Assembly: GCA_051362555.1 (NCBI GenBank)
Contig: CM120640.1
Coordinates: 67,310,788-67,374,787 of the forward strand
Direction: 5' to 3'
DNA from: Lingula anatina
Lineage: Eukaryota > Animalia > Brachiopoda
Length of the DNA stretch: 64,000 bases
The notes under the pieces: generated by a model
What the model saw: only the letters and a program-made list of their open reading frames with translations
Told to the model about the DNA's origin: nothing
Databases searched by the model: none
Position numbers and translations under genes: made by a program
Part shown: positions 52,030-64,000 of the stretch, piece by piece
How positions within the stretch are numbered: the first letter of the stretch is position 1
How the letters are laid out: every line of letters starts with the position of its first letter

Positions 52030-52634
52030 AATACCACTGGTGTATCTGCGATCTTCGCTACGTCAAGAACTTGACAAAAACATCAGCGGTGGCCCCAGCA
52101 GACTGCTTTCTGTCGTCCATAGCTCTCTAGGAATCATGGGAGTAAAAACCGTTTGTTTTCTTGTAAGAAAATTTCATCACAACTGCAACTAGAAGAACAC
52201 AAATTTTACTAAAACGTTCAATATGAATGTTAATGCTTTTAAAAGAACGTCACTGTAAAATAATCATAAATTTTACAAATGAAATACACACAATCCACGT
52301 GACCTAAAAGAAACTGGGTCACATGCAGCAGGAAGTACGGTCCAAATGTGATTGTGCAGACCTTAGTGAGGCCGATGTCATATTTAGAGTAGGAAACAAT
52401 CATCCATCTAAAACTAAGTCGTGGAAGGATTTACACCGTCACAAAAAATTTGAGTGTTATGGAAATGGCGTAGAAGAAGATAAGACCTCCTCAAGCAACT
52501 TAAATCGAAACAGACACTGAAACAGATTAACTTTATCGCCGGTGGAGCTGGGCGGATCATTCAAACAAATCCGTAACTCATTGAACTCATTTGTAATGGC
52601 TACGCAATACTCTTGAGAAAAGAAAAGTGACGCA
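52030..52634. promoter_or_regulatory. Bidirectional promoter between PRDM4 and the FN3 receptor
   Basis: Divergent genes; CpG-enriched; ZNF143/Staf-like TCCCATGATTC (minus, ~52131-52141), E-box CACGTGAC (~52296), ETS CAGGAAGT (~52329). Confidence 0.55.
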
Positions 52635-53903
52635 ATGGAGAAAATTCGATACTTTGCACTTATTTTTATAGTGACAAGAGTGGCTTTACCGGTAAGTTCC
52701 GTAGTACTTTTGCGTTAAGATCACCCAGTGTTTACCTGCAGTGCACTCTCGTGGGGTCATTTTTATTGCCCACACCCACCGTGTACACAAACTAACCAGC
52801 GTACGCATTCATTCGTGACGTCCATGCACCATTTTGAGATTGGTTACTTTAATTAATCATAGCATTAATATATTGATTTCTATTATCACATCTCTTTCAA
52901 ATAATATTTGAGTGAATTGATATAAAACCACTGTTTAAAATATATATTATAAATTATTACAGTCAGAATTAATAAGTTGGTTAAGGAGCTCGACTGGTTC
53001 TTATTTCGAGGAAATCCAAATTTGGCCTATTTTTTATGGAAAAATTACATTATTGCTTGGTAAGTGGGAGAAATTTACAATTGACTCTAGGAAAAACTTA
53101 AATGAAGTTGTTTTTATGCTCTGAAATCACATACACTGTACTGTACTTGACATTACCTCTCTCCTCTCTCCCTTCTCGAAAAAAAAGATAAATAAAATTT
53201 AAATAAAAAATCCAATCCTAAAGTATAGCTGCTTTGCTTGATAAACAACTTATGTCCTATTTTAATCCAAATAAAAAAAAGTGTCTTTTTACCAACCTTG
53301 TTTACAGAAAGTCATCATTGGAGAACCAACTTTTCAATTAATTTGATCAAGCCTCAGATAGATTTTTGAAATGATTTTTATCGTGGACAGTATAAATTTA
53401 TGATAAATAAAATTATTGGGTGGTCAGTTCTCTCACATCAGAAAAGCATTTTGGTTGAATTTTTATGCAATTCATTTTTGTAGAAGAAACACCACTACTT
53501 GTGTTTGAAATGTCAAAGTAAATTTTTTTATGTCTAGATGTCCTGCAAAGCTAATAATATTTCCCAATTCATAACTTAAAAAGGATCAAGTCACTTGAAA
53601 GTATGATGTCAATATTTTCTTCTGAAGCAGCGGGAATATATGGCAAGTGTGGAATATATTTTTTAGAATATATAAATTAAGGAACAGGTCATGCAGTGTT
53701 TCTTGGGGAAAATTAGATTTTGCTTAAAAGTCCCTTTAGAACAAATGTTTTATTTAACTGTTATTGTCATATCAAAAAATTCTGAAGCTTAAGAAATAAG
53801 AAAATAAGTATGATACTTAATGTTCATTTAACTATCAGAACCTAACATGAAGACCCGTTATCCCTAATGGGTGCCACATAATTCTTATTTTCCAAAAACA
53901 CAT

Positions 53904-53939
<36 letters not shown>

Positions 53940-56900
53940 TTACCTGAAGGAAGTTAATTAATGCTAATTGCAAGTTTCCCCAACTTCAAACCAGGTTTCT
54001 TATTGGAAAAAAAGCATTTTTCTTCAACTCATGAATCATTGCTTGTCCTGTTCCTGTATTTAACTTCTGTGTTTTATATATCATTTCTGATTAGATAGTT
54101 TGTACATTTAGGAAGGAAATATTGATATCAGGTACTTTTATTTGAGAGGTTTTTATCATGTTTTAAGGGCTGTATTGTGAAAGATAAGTAGCTTTTTATG
54201 TTTTATGTAGACATAAAAATATGACTGGGACATTTTCAAACAGGGAAATTATGCATTTTAATTAATGGAAATTAAAGACAGGAATTGATTTTATTTGTGT
54301 GTCTGGCCATTAATACTTAAGATTGCATAATGGAATCAGAAATGTGGATTTAGTAAGCAAGTGTCAACAGCATTTGAAATCCCTGTTAAGTCATCAACAT
54401 ATCAGGTTACCACACTAGAACATTCTTTATGTCTGACCCTGGTCCCATGCAGTCCTTTTCACAACCACTACTTGATTTCTGTGACCACATTTTTAAGCCA
54501 CAGGGGCAGATATTTCTTGTAAATTACTCTGTGAAACCAGAGTCCATTATCAACTTCACCTTGTTCTTTCAGTCATCAACACACTGTATATATCCAAACT
54601 GCTTGACATGATCTGACATACCATAAAGATTGTGTGGGTTGAACAAAATTGGTGTAAAAAATTGTACAACTTTACTTAATAACTATTATCATAGAAGTAG
54701 AGAAAGTGCACCATTAAGTATAGAGCCTCCATATTATCTTGAATTTCAGTACTTTTTTTTTTACAACTTTTGAAGTTAAAATTTGTTTGTACATTTAAGT
54801 TATACACCAGTATGCTTATTAAAGAATAAACCTCCCATTTCATGTCTAGTAATTTGATCAAAAGAAATGTACATGGTTTTTTTCATGATCATTTGGTCTA
54901 CAAAAAAAGAAAAAATAGTTCTGACTAAAAAAAGAATAAAGAAAGAAAAAAAGTAAATAAATAAATAAATAAAATGAGAAAATAAAAAAACTTTTTATAT
55001 CATATGTTTTGATTTTTATCTAAAGATACATTCATGGTCCCAAAACTGTTTAATAGATATACATTTGTAAACAGCATTTAGTCATCTGTGGTTTGAGGTT
55101 TGATGTATTTTTGAGCATATGTGAAAATATTTTGTTTAAACATGACTTCACCAGATAATTTGAGGTAAAAAAAAATTGTTAATGAAGTTAGGTGCAATGT
55201 ATGAAAGTATTATTTCTAGTACAGTTGTAATTGAAAGAGGTGTTTTGATAAAATATTTGGACAAAGTGATAAATTCCATGAAAAAAAAAAAAATTAGTAT
55301 GCTAACTTAAAGTTGTATGTTTTGAATTTTTTTCTGTGATACTAAGTTCAAAGTTAAATGGTGAAGTGACTCTTTTTCTGAATATAGTTTGCTGTATTCT
55401 TTGTTTTGTTTGTCTTGAAATGCTTTATCTGTACTGAAGAAGTCTATAGTCTCAGAATTACTCATTAAGTCATTCTGTTGATTGGTGTTTGCCAATATAT
55501 GTCATAAACAGTGCAATAAACATTAATAGTTGCCATGTACAAATTTGGGGATAGGTACAGCTAAAGGAATATTTGACATTGTTTGGTCTCCTTGTGAAGA
55601 TGGCATGTTTAGACAACTTGAAATAAATCTGTATCGTGAAATTAAAAGAATACATAAATACATCATGATTTTTCCAAATTGTTTGGCTAGCACTTAAAGA
55701 CATATTTGTAGAAATGTCTTAGAAAAGCTGTTTTGGGTATTTTTGATGGCAGAAGATTAGACCCCTTATACTGAACTTGGACACAATTATGGGGTGATAC
55801 ACTTGTTATATAAACATTTTGGCACATTTATTTTGTATTTTTTCAGTACATTCTTGATGTTCCTTACTGATGTTCAGAACACATTATAGGCCATTCACAT
55901 TAGAACATTAACCACGGTCGAGTTTATTCTGATTAAACTGCGGTCAACCAAACTGCGTCCAAACGGCGTTCACACTGACACCGACAGCGATCAGTAGCGG
56001 TAGAATCTCAGCAAGCGTACTTCCTGTCAAGCATGCGCTCTTACTAGAATCTGTCCAACATGGCAGGAGCTCAAATGACGATACACTTGTGCGCATGGGC
56101 TTCATATGCAGGTCTTGACTGTGGTCAGGAGTTTACTCCGATTATACCCACCTCCCGATCTGGGTTTATTTTGACGTGGTCAGGGCTACGTCGTCCGTTC
56201 TCATTAGAAAAGTTAACCGCGATAGAACCGAGGTCAGGCCTTGACTGCAGTTAAAAGTACTAGTGTGAATGGGGTATTAGTCGCCATTTTCATCCAGGTC
56301 ATAGTGTCTTAAATCAGTACAGTTAAGATATGGCTGACATCCAGACAGGATACAATTCTTTTTTCTTCTTGTTCAAATCACACAATAAGATCAAATGGAA
56401 AATAATTTTAAAAGAAATATATTGTAGGAAAAAAACAGGAACTTGTAGTCAGTTTGAGTTTTAAAGTCACAAAAGCCCTGTAAATCAGGAAAATGGCGAG
56501 TGACCCCAACATTTTATTGCATCCCTGTATAGTTGCCCCTGTGCTAACACTTCCTGGTTAAAAGGCTCAGATAAGGGGTTGTTGCTTAGACACGCTATCA
56601 TTTGTGTTTGTTCAGTATGTCGTTTGAATAAAGTAATTATCTTTTTAGGTGAGCCTGCCTATTTTGTTTAAAACCCCCAAGTTTTTAAAGACACTTAATC
56701 ACTTTGCCAGTGTCTGTAAAATGTAGTTGAAAAGTAATAAAGGTGAAAGGATAAAGAATTAAACCAATGACTAATTTTAAAAACCTGACATTAAAAAAGA
56801 TAAGTTATAGGAATTTATTTCATTCTTTTCATAAGCATACCACTCTTAGGACACAAATGCTTGCAAATCCCATTCCACAGTTACATGCCAGATATCTACA

Positions 56901-59900
56901 ACTTGACAGTGCTTTAAGTGTAAACAAAGTTTAAAAAAGGGTGGACTGTGAACTTATTTACAACTGTGAAAGTATGCCAAATGTGGGAGTACTTAATCAT
57001 TTCTTTCATATGATTGGGATCTTGGAAAGATATTTTATAGATATTTTGGAGACTTCAGTTTAAATCACATGGTTGTTTGTGCATTCATCTTCCCTCTCTC
57101 TTTTTCTCTGTGTCTCTCTCTCCTCAATATAATTTATATCTTTCATACTATGAATTTTATTGAAACTATGAAAAATTGACTTTTCAACATGTTTTTATTT
57201 TTTTCACAGGTCACCTGCCAAAGTAAGTACTTTGAAATAATAAAGATATTTCCAAAGTGAATTTGATATGTGCATTTCAAGAATTGCTTGTAATTATTCA
57301 AAATCTTTGTATGCATAGTCAGTGTAGATGATTTGCATTATAGATTAGAAGATAGAAGTTATTTGCACACTTGGTTCATTCTGGCTTGTGAAATTTTAGG
57401 AAGGTGCTCAAAATGATTTATTTGGTTTATGGAAATCATTTTTCAAATAATTAAATGGCTAAGTTACAAGTAATCTTTGTTTTGATTCAAAAGTTTGATT
57501 TTACTTTAAAGTAATTTTACAGGATTTATCCACCGGGAATTTTTTTTCTCAGGAAAAAAAACATTTTTTTTCTACTCACGAATCATTGATCTATCTGCCC
57601 CAGCATTTAAATTCAATTTTTTTTCCAATGAAGGGGTTTCCTAGTTTTTTAGGTCTGAATTATGAATGACGAGTAGCTTTGTAGGGTGTATAGCAATTTA
57701 AAATCTGACCTTGGGAATTTTTAAAACTTGCACAGTATGCCTTCAAATGTGCAGCTATTCACTTGCTCACGAAGCAGGGGAAAATGCTAGAATGAACCAA
57801 CCTGGTTGAAGCTTTTTTTCTTTGAATCACTGCATGGATTATTTTCTATCAGCCACTAATGACAGTATTGACAGCACAACAGCCAGCACTCTCACTACCA
57901 CTTCTCAAGTAACAACTGAATCAACCTCAGTAACTACTATTGCTGTGACAACCACAGAGGCAGGTATGTAGCACTTTTTTGAACAAGTTCTCCCCTTCCT
58001 TGAAGTCCCAAGAGGGAGGGTATGTTATTTCTTCTTGGATTTGTGGCTGCTTAGAAAAGTGTTTGAGCACCTTAGTTATTGTTTTAAAATGCATGTATTT
58101 TCAAGCAGATTGTTAAAATCTATCTTTGTCATGTGATTTGTAAATTAGATAATCATTTGATATTTGAACAACAACTTCAGGTGTGCAATTTTATTATGCT
58201 TGCATCTGCTATTGGTTTTGATTTTGTCAGATGTGAAATTATGTCATTGTGTGAAAAAAAAGTTTTAAGCTGAGAGTAATTTCTCAAGAATACTAAAACT
58301 CGGTTAGAGCTTGTGAGTAAGTTTCAGTTTGGTAAAGGTAGAATTCTGGGCGTTGGGTGTTTCTGAAATCTGTTATCTGTGAAATGTGACTGGATAAAGT
58401 GATAACCTTTAAAACCACAGTGCAACCCACATAATTTGGCAAATCTCCAACTGACCATAAGTATCTCTCCATGTGTTTATTCTTCATGGAAATATGTTTG
58501 TCTTACACCCTTACAATATTCCACTGGCACTAACTGACCCTTTTGATATTCGGAACATGGCCTGTTACTCTGAGTGTTGGATGTTTCTGGAATCGAGATA
58601 GTCCAACAGTTTTCTACTGGATGGTGCTTGTTACCAAAACATAGTGAAATATACACCATGCATTTGTTACTTTCTAAATTGACACTCTTGTCATGGTTTG
58701 TTGTATTAAATAATAAATTTGAAGTTTTAAATATTCACAAGACCTACAGCATGGAGTTTTAAGTATTAAGGAAGTGCATTTTGTTAAAAAGTAAAGCAGT
58801 TTATAAAAGAATGAAGGTGACAGTAAGCCTACGCTTAAAATATCTCAGAACTCATGCTTATCTCTGTCTCGCTGAGCAATATTATTCCCAGACACAATTT
58901 CAATTAATGATTACCAACTGATAGGTATCTTATCTTGGATATATCAGATAAGACTGAACAGGTGCACTTATATTTATGTAATGTTATATTGGTATTATTT
59001 GCTAATGCAAAGAGAAAGCTCATAAACAGCCACCAAATTAGATAAAAATATTTGTCTCTTTCTTTAATTGCCTTATCAATTCGCGAACCTATCTTTCTTT
59101 ATATTTTTGTTTTTGTCATTTGTCAGCCTAATTGGGGTCCTAAATGAATTCCGAAATAGACAGTAGAGACTAGCATAAATATGTTGTATTATCATTCCCA
59201 CTTATTTTTTTGTATATATCATTTTTCACTTTTTCATTGACTTGATTCCTTAAGAATTGTAGCTTATAAATTGTAGATGAAAAAATGTTTATATTCAGCA
59301 TAGAGAGAACTTTTAAACACCTATTAATGAATTCATAGATATTTTTAGAGATACACATGATCAATTATGGTATTATATCATGAAAAAATGTTCATCTTGT
59401 TCATTTGATTTTGTGGAAACATTTCTTCAAGAAAAAGCTATTGTTTAATGGTATGTATATTTGATAGGTACTCCAACTGGTAAGTTTTAGTCATTAACTT
59501 GACATACGTAGCTATGTTATGTTCAACTGTACCAAACTTGTGGGCATGTTGTCATTAAAGCTGTAATTTGCGTATAGTTAGTCATACAGAAGTGACTCTT
59601 ATACGTAGAATTTTAAGTTGAACATGCTGAGAATGTAACTTGTATTTCTGACATTTAAAAATAATAGCCTAGTAGTTGAGTGGTGTATTTTATGCCAAGC
59701 AGTAATGATTTATTGTGTAGTTCAGTAATTGAAAATTGTTCAAGTATTGATGCATGTTTTTCTTTATTTACACATTATGTAAACTTATGCCTTTAAAGCA
59801 ACCCTCTTTGCCTGGCACATACCCCACATGCTTATCTTAACTTTCAGACTGTATATACTTGTGCAGTGCCAGAATTACCAGGAAGTTAACATAATTTTTG

Positions 59901-62900
59901 ATGTGATTTAACAAGTTCTCTGCTTGCTTTTGACAAAAGATAAATGCATGTGACCTTATCTGTTTAAGTAATATTACTGAAATTTTAACTTGATGAATCT
60001 AACTGCAGCATTTTGAATAAAAGCATCTTATAAATAAATTATTGGCCAGGATCAGCTGGTTGTATATTGGCAGTATACTGAAGTTGAATGATATTAGTTA
60101 AATGATAAAAGTTTATGTATTGCAAATTATGGAGAGCAAAAAGGAAATTTAAAGTGATTTCAGTAAGGAATCTAATAATGAAGCCAAGTCAAATATGGTG
60201 TAGTTGTATAGAATTGATTAGACTGCATATTTTGGTACATGGTTAAAGATCAACACAAGTCAACACGTATCATTGGAATGGTACAAGGAAGAAACAACAA
60301 TAAAGTGTGAAAACTGTGTTCACTTTTTTAAGGGAGAAATTTCACCGACTTTTCTTTAGACTTCAGATAGTCATTTGAATTGATAGGTATATGCATAATG
60401 CCTGTATGGCTTAAACCTGTATGGTGTACCCAAGCTGTTGCAATTTATTTTGCTAACAATTCCTTCAAACCCCCATGTTTGTGCAGCCTAAAGCTATGGT
60501 TGTTCCATGAGAGCATCTTGTTTCCCAGATCTGCTGTCTTGCCAAAGATGTATGCTTGGATCCTTTCTAACCAGACCTTGAGAGCCTTTCTAACCAGACC
60601 TTTAGAGCAAGCAACCTTCCTCTTACCAGGATTCTTAATCAATCCTTGTTTTGATGTTTTTCAATAGTCAGTCACCTAATTACAAGCAAAAGGGTTCTTG
60701 ATACTGTAGGAGCAGGCACACCAGTGATATCTCCTGAAGAAAAAGCTGTTGTTCCAACTCTAGAAACAGACCCAGTGCTACCAACCACTTCTCAGTCTTG
60801 GAGTGCGGGCCTGGAGATCACCAAAACACAGGAACTTGTATCAAGCACAGTTAGTGGCTGGTCGGGTGATACTGATGTGCCCCTTTCAGGTCATAGTGAT
60901 ATTACTGCTACTCCTACAAGCAAGGGATCTTCAAACAAGCCAGATCCCGCAGCGAGCACAGCAGAAGCTTCAGCTATAAAGGAAACAAGCACTTCTGTTG
61001 CGTCTGGCTTATCTGATGCATCAACAAAAATCCAAGTGTCATCATTTTCCACTGGTGCAAATGAGAAGTCTACCTCTTCTGCTGAGGAATCCTCTTCACC
61101 TAACACTGAACACAGCTGGTCTGATATGACAGGCAATGCTCAGGGTGGAAATACAGAGCCAGTTTCTAGGTTTACAGGCATGCATGAATCTGAGAGGACA
61201 ACTAGTTCATTTACAGTCAGTGCAACTGAATTATTTGAGGAGGAGACAACCCCAGCCATGCAAAACATTTCAGCCAGTACCTCAGAGAGAAGTGACTCAA
61301 ATGAGGCAATGTCCCCAATGCAGCAGACAGTGACATCTGGCAAGATTTCAACAGGAACCGATTCCACCATTTCATCAGCAAAAGAGGAAACAATAGTGCA
61401 AATTATAACAGACCCAACTACTACATTCCAACCTGAAAATCAAAACAATACCATGTTCAGTGCAACTATGAGCAGTAGCATTACAGAATCTGGTCAGAAC
61501 TCAAATGATCCTACTGCATCAGCTACTACAGTGATGGCATCTGCAGTGTCGATGTCTAACCAGACACATGCTTTACCAACAACCATAAAAAAGGAATCAT
61601 TAAATGAGACCAGTAACAGTGGATTCAGTACACAGACAACTGAGTTTGAAGTTGTCACATCAGGTTATAACAGTAGCATTGATATAAGTACAGCCGCCCC
61701 AGTGCATATAACAACATTACAGCTAAGTAGTTCAGGTTGGCCTGGTGGTCTTTCATCAGGGTCACCTGCAAATGGAACTGAAACCACAGCACTGTATACA
61801 ACACTGCAAGATGGTACACATGATGGGAACTTCACACCAACAATGGAAATGTCCAACAGAATATCTGTTCCCCTTACAACTGCTGTTTCATCTAATCAGT
61901 CCACTCAAAGTTTCAATATTTCTACTAGCACCCCATTTAGTTTAACTGATACAGGAAATCCAAATACAACAGTAACAAGTGCCAGTAAAGTTTCAAATAG
62001 TAATATTACCACAGTAGTACCAATTACAGATATTCAGGGAAATTTGACAACTTATTCAATTGAAACTACAGTTGGTAAGAAAAAATGTGAATTTTGCTTT
62101 TAAAGAGTTCATGTCAATTTTCTTATCTTTTGTGATGATTTGAGGTAGCATTATTTTTACATGTCTGCTTTTAGCAAGGTTTTACATATTGCATTTTTTT
62201 CATTAGATATAACAGTATGACTGCTCTCTGTACAGTATTTTCATTTCTACTCTTGATAAGTTTTTAAATTATTATGAATTATTATAGTTTTGGGTATATT
62301 TTGATTAGTTTGCCAATTACTTTTTGATGTTTTTTTACTGCATGTATTGAAAAGTAATGGGATAAACAAATTCATAAACTTCCTAAATACAAAGTTTCCA
62401 TTTTCAGCACCTCCTCTCAGTGCTCCAACAGGACTTAAGATTGCCGGCAAAACGACCAAATCCCTGGAAGTTACTTGGCAAATAGTGAATGGGACAATAG
62501 ATTCATATATCGTACAGTACAGGCTGAGAGGTGGGTGTTTTATGGTAGTAGTCAAAGTTAAGGTGAGGTCTGTTCCATTAAATTTATTTGGGACTGGTGG
62601 AAAAGATGTTGTGAATTGCGAAAAAAATTTAAAAGGTTATGTTAAAGAAATTAAGTGATGTTGTCATTGTTCTAAAATTTAAGAAGTGTCCAATCAATAA
62701 TTTCCTTGTCCTTCTATTAGATATCCATGGTCAGTAATTGTTTATCACCTCACTGAATAGTATTCTTATGCACTGCCACCTCTAGCTTTTATATAAAAAA
62801 AATTAAGCGATGAAAATGTTTTCTGTGGAAATGAATTGTTCTGAACCATTGTGAAATCAGTGGTTTTATCATGTAATTAACTTTTTACTGAAATCTTCTT

Positions 62901-63643
62901 ACAGATGCATCTGATTCAACATTTAGCATCTCACATGCCAATTTGTCAAGTTCAGCCACCTCTGCTAACATCACTGGTTTGTTACCAGGAGAGTACTACA
63001 TTGTCCAAGTGATAGCCACCAGAGGTCAGTTGAACAGTTCAGCTGAGATAATTAGAACAACAGGTGAGAAAAATCTTGCAATGAAAGACATTTTCACATA
63101 TCTTTTAATTAAGGATTTAAAGAGCAGGACAGTTGGCTTTAGATGTTTTTTTATGTTGATGAAATCAGCTTAAACTCAATACAGAATTAATAAGGATGAA
63201 TAAGATCAAATGTTATCAAATGAGCAAGATCTTGACAGAAGTTTAGTTTTGATAAGCATACAGAGTGAAGGAAAAGTTGCAATTTGGTAGATGGTAGTTG
63301 CATATTATGTTTAAATTTTTTTTCTCATGTATTTAATTTTTCAGATATAGTTAATACATTTTTCTTCTTCATTTCTCAGTACCTGCATCTCCAGATTTGA
63401 CACCATCACCACCTGTCACAACAACAGGAATTTATTTAACTTGGGAAATAGAAGGAAATGCACAGTCTTTTCATGTGGCATGCTCAGCAAAATCCCCTGT
63501 AAATGGAATAAATGTAACAGAAAATGTTAATCAGAGACAATACAATTGTACATCTTTGACTCCTGGGACAATATATGAGATCAGAGTTACTGCTGAACTC
63601 CAAGGATCATCAAGTGACCCATTCACCTTGACTGTGCAAACTT
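52635..63643 (+). CDS. Secreted or membrane protein with Ser/Thr-rich mucin stalk and fibronectin type III repeats (R3-type receptor tyrosine phosphatase-like); 3' end outside the window
   Basis: In-phase exons 52635-52691 (signal peptide MEKIRYFALIFIVTRVALP), 57210-57222 (VTCQ), 57853-57963, 59468-59479, 60668-62074 (mucin-like), 62408-62530 + 62905-63063 (FN3: SLEVTW..YIVQY..GLLPGEYYIVQV), 63380-63643 (FN3: LTW..SLTPGTIYEIRV). No phosphatase domain is visible in the window. Confidence 0.8.
55887..56276. mobile_element. PIF/Harbinger-type MITE (~390 bp)
   Basis: TIRs TAGGCCATTCACATTAG / CTAGTGTGAATGGGGTA with TTA on both flanks; GC-richer interior. Confidence 0.7.
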
Positions 63644-64000
63644 GTAAGTGGAAAGAAATTATGTTCATAAGACTCCACAACATTGCTTTTCATTATGTGC
63701 TTATATTTAAACATTAATCTTTCTTGCAGGACCTAATTTTATGGAGATTTGTGCAGCTGGAGTCAAAGCTGTGGACATATGTTATTTCTGCAATAACTTT
63801 GAAGCAGCTTTTCTGTTTTGATACAAACTCATTGTGGTCACTTATTGGCTTTAATTGCATGTCAAATTCAAAACTGAGCAGGATTTTGCTATTACTTTTT
63901 TGGGGGAATTGATTTTGCTCTTAAAGACCCTATATCATCCCAATCAGATGGTTTTGAACTAAGATTTTAAATCATTTTGTGATCCTAAAATCGATATCGG

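Overview
AT-rich, intron-containing animal DNA, most likely from a marine invertebrate (lophotrochozoan-like; inferred from gene content and repeat types). Splicing exons by eye gives seven recognisable genes: a cation-type nicotinic acetylcholine receptor alpha subunit (+), a DEG/ENaC channel (-), pro-apoptotic BAK (+), a vWA + C11orf16/DUF4537-like coiled-coil protein (-), a divergent NDUFB2 (+) that the ORF track misses, PRDM4 (-), and the 5' part of a mucin-stalk/FN3 receptor (+, R3-RPTP-like). There is also a TATA-driven candidate orphan gene encoding an 82-aa C2HC zinc-finger microprotein (-). The ~11 kb BAK intron between BH3 and BH1 holds a decayed Kolobok-like transposon, LINE remnants, a palindromic MITE and a Helentron-type element. 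It also holds a strong candidate regulated microexon, in the same intron where mammals carry the neuronal N-Bak poison microexon. All assignments come from manual translation and motif recall; no database searches were run.
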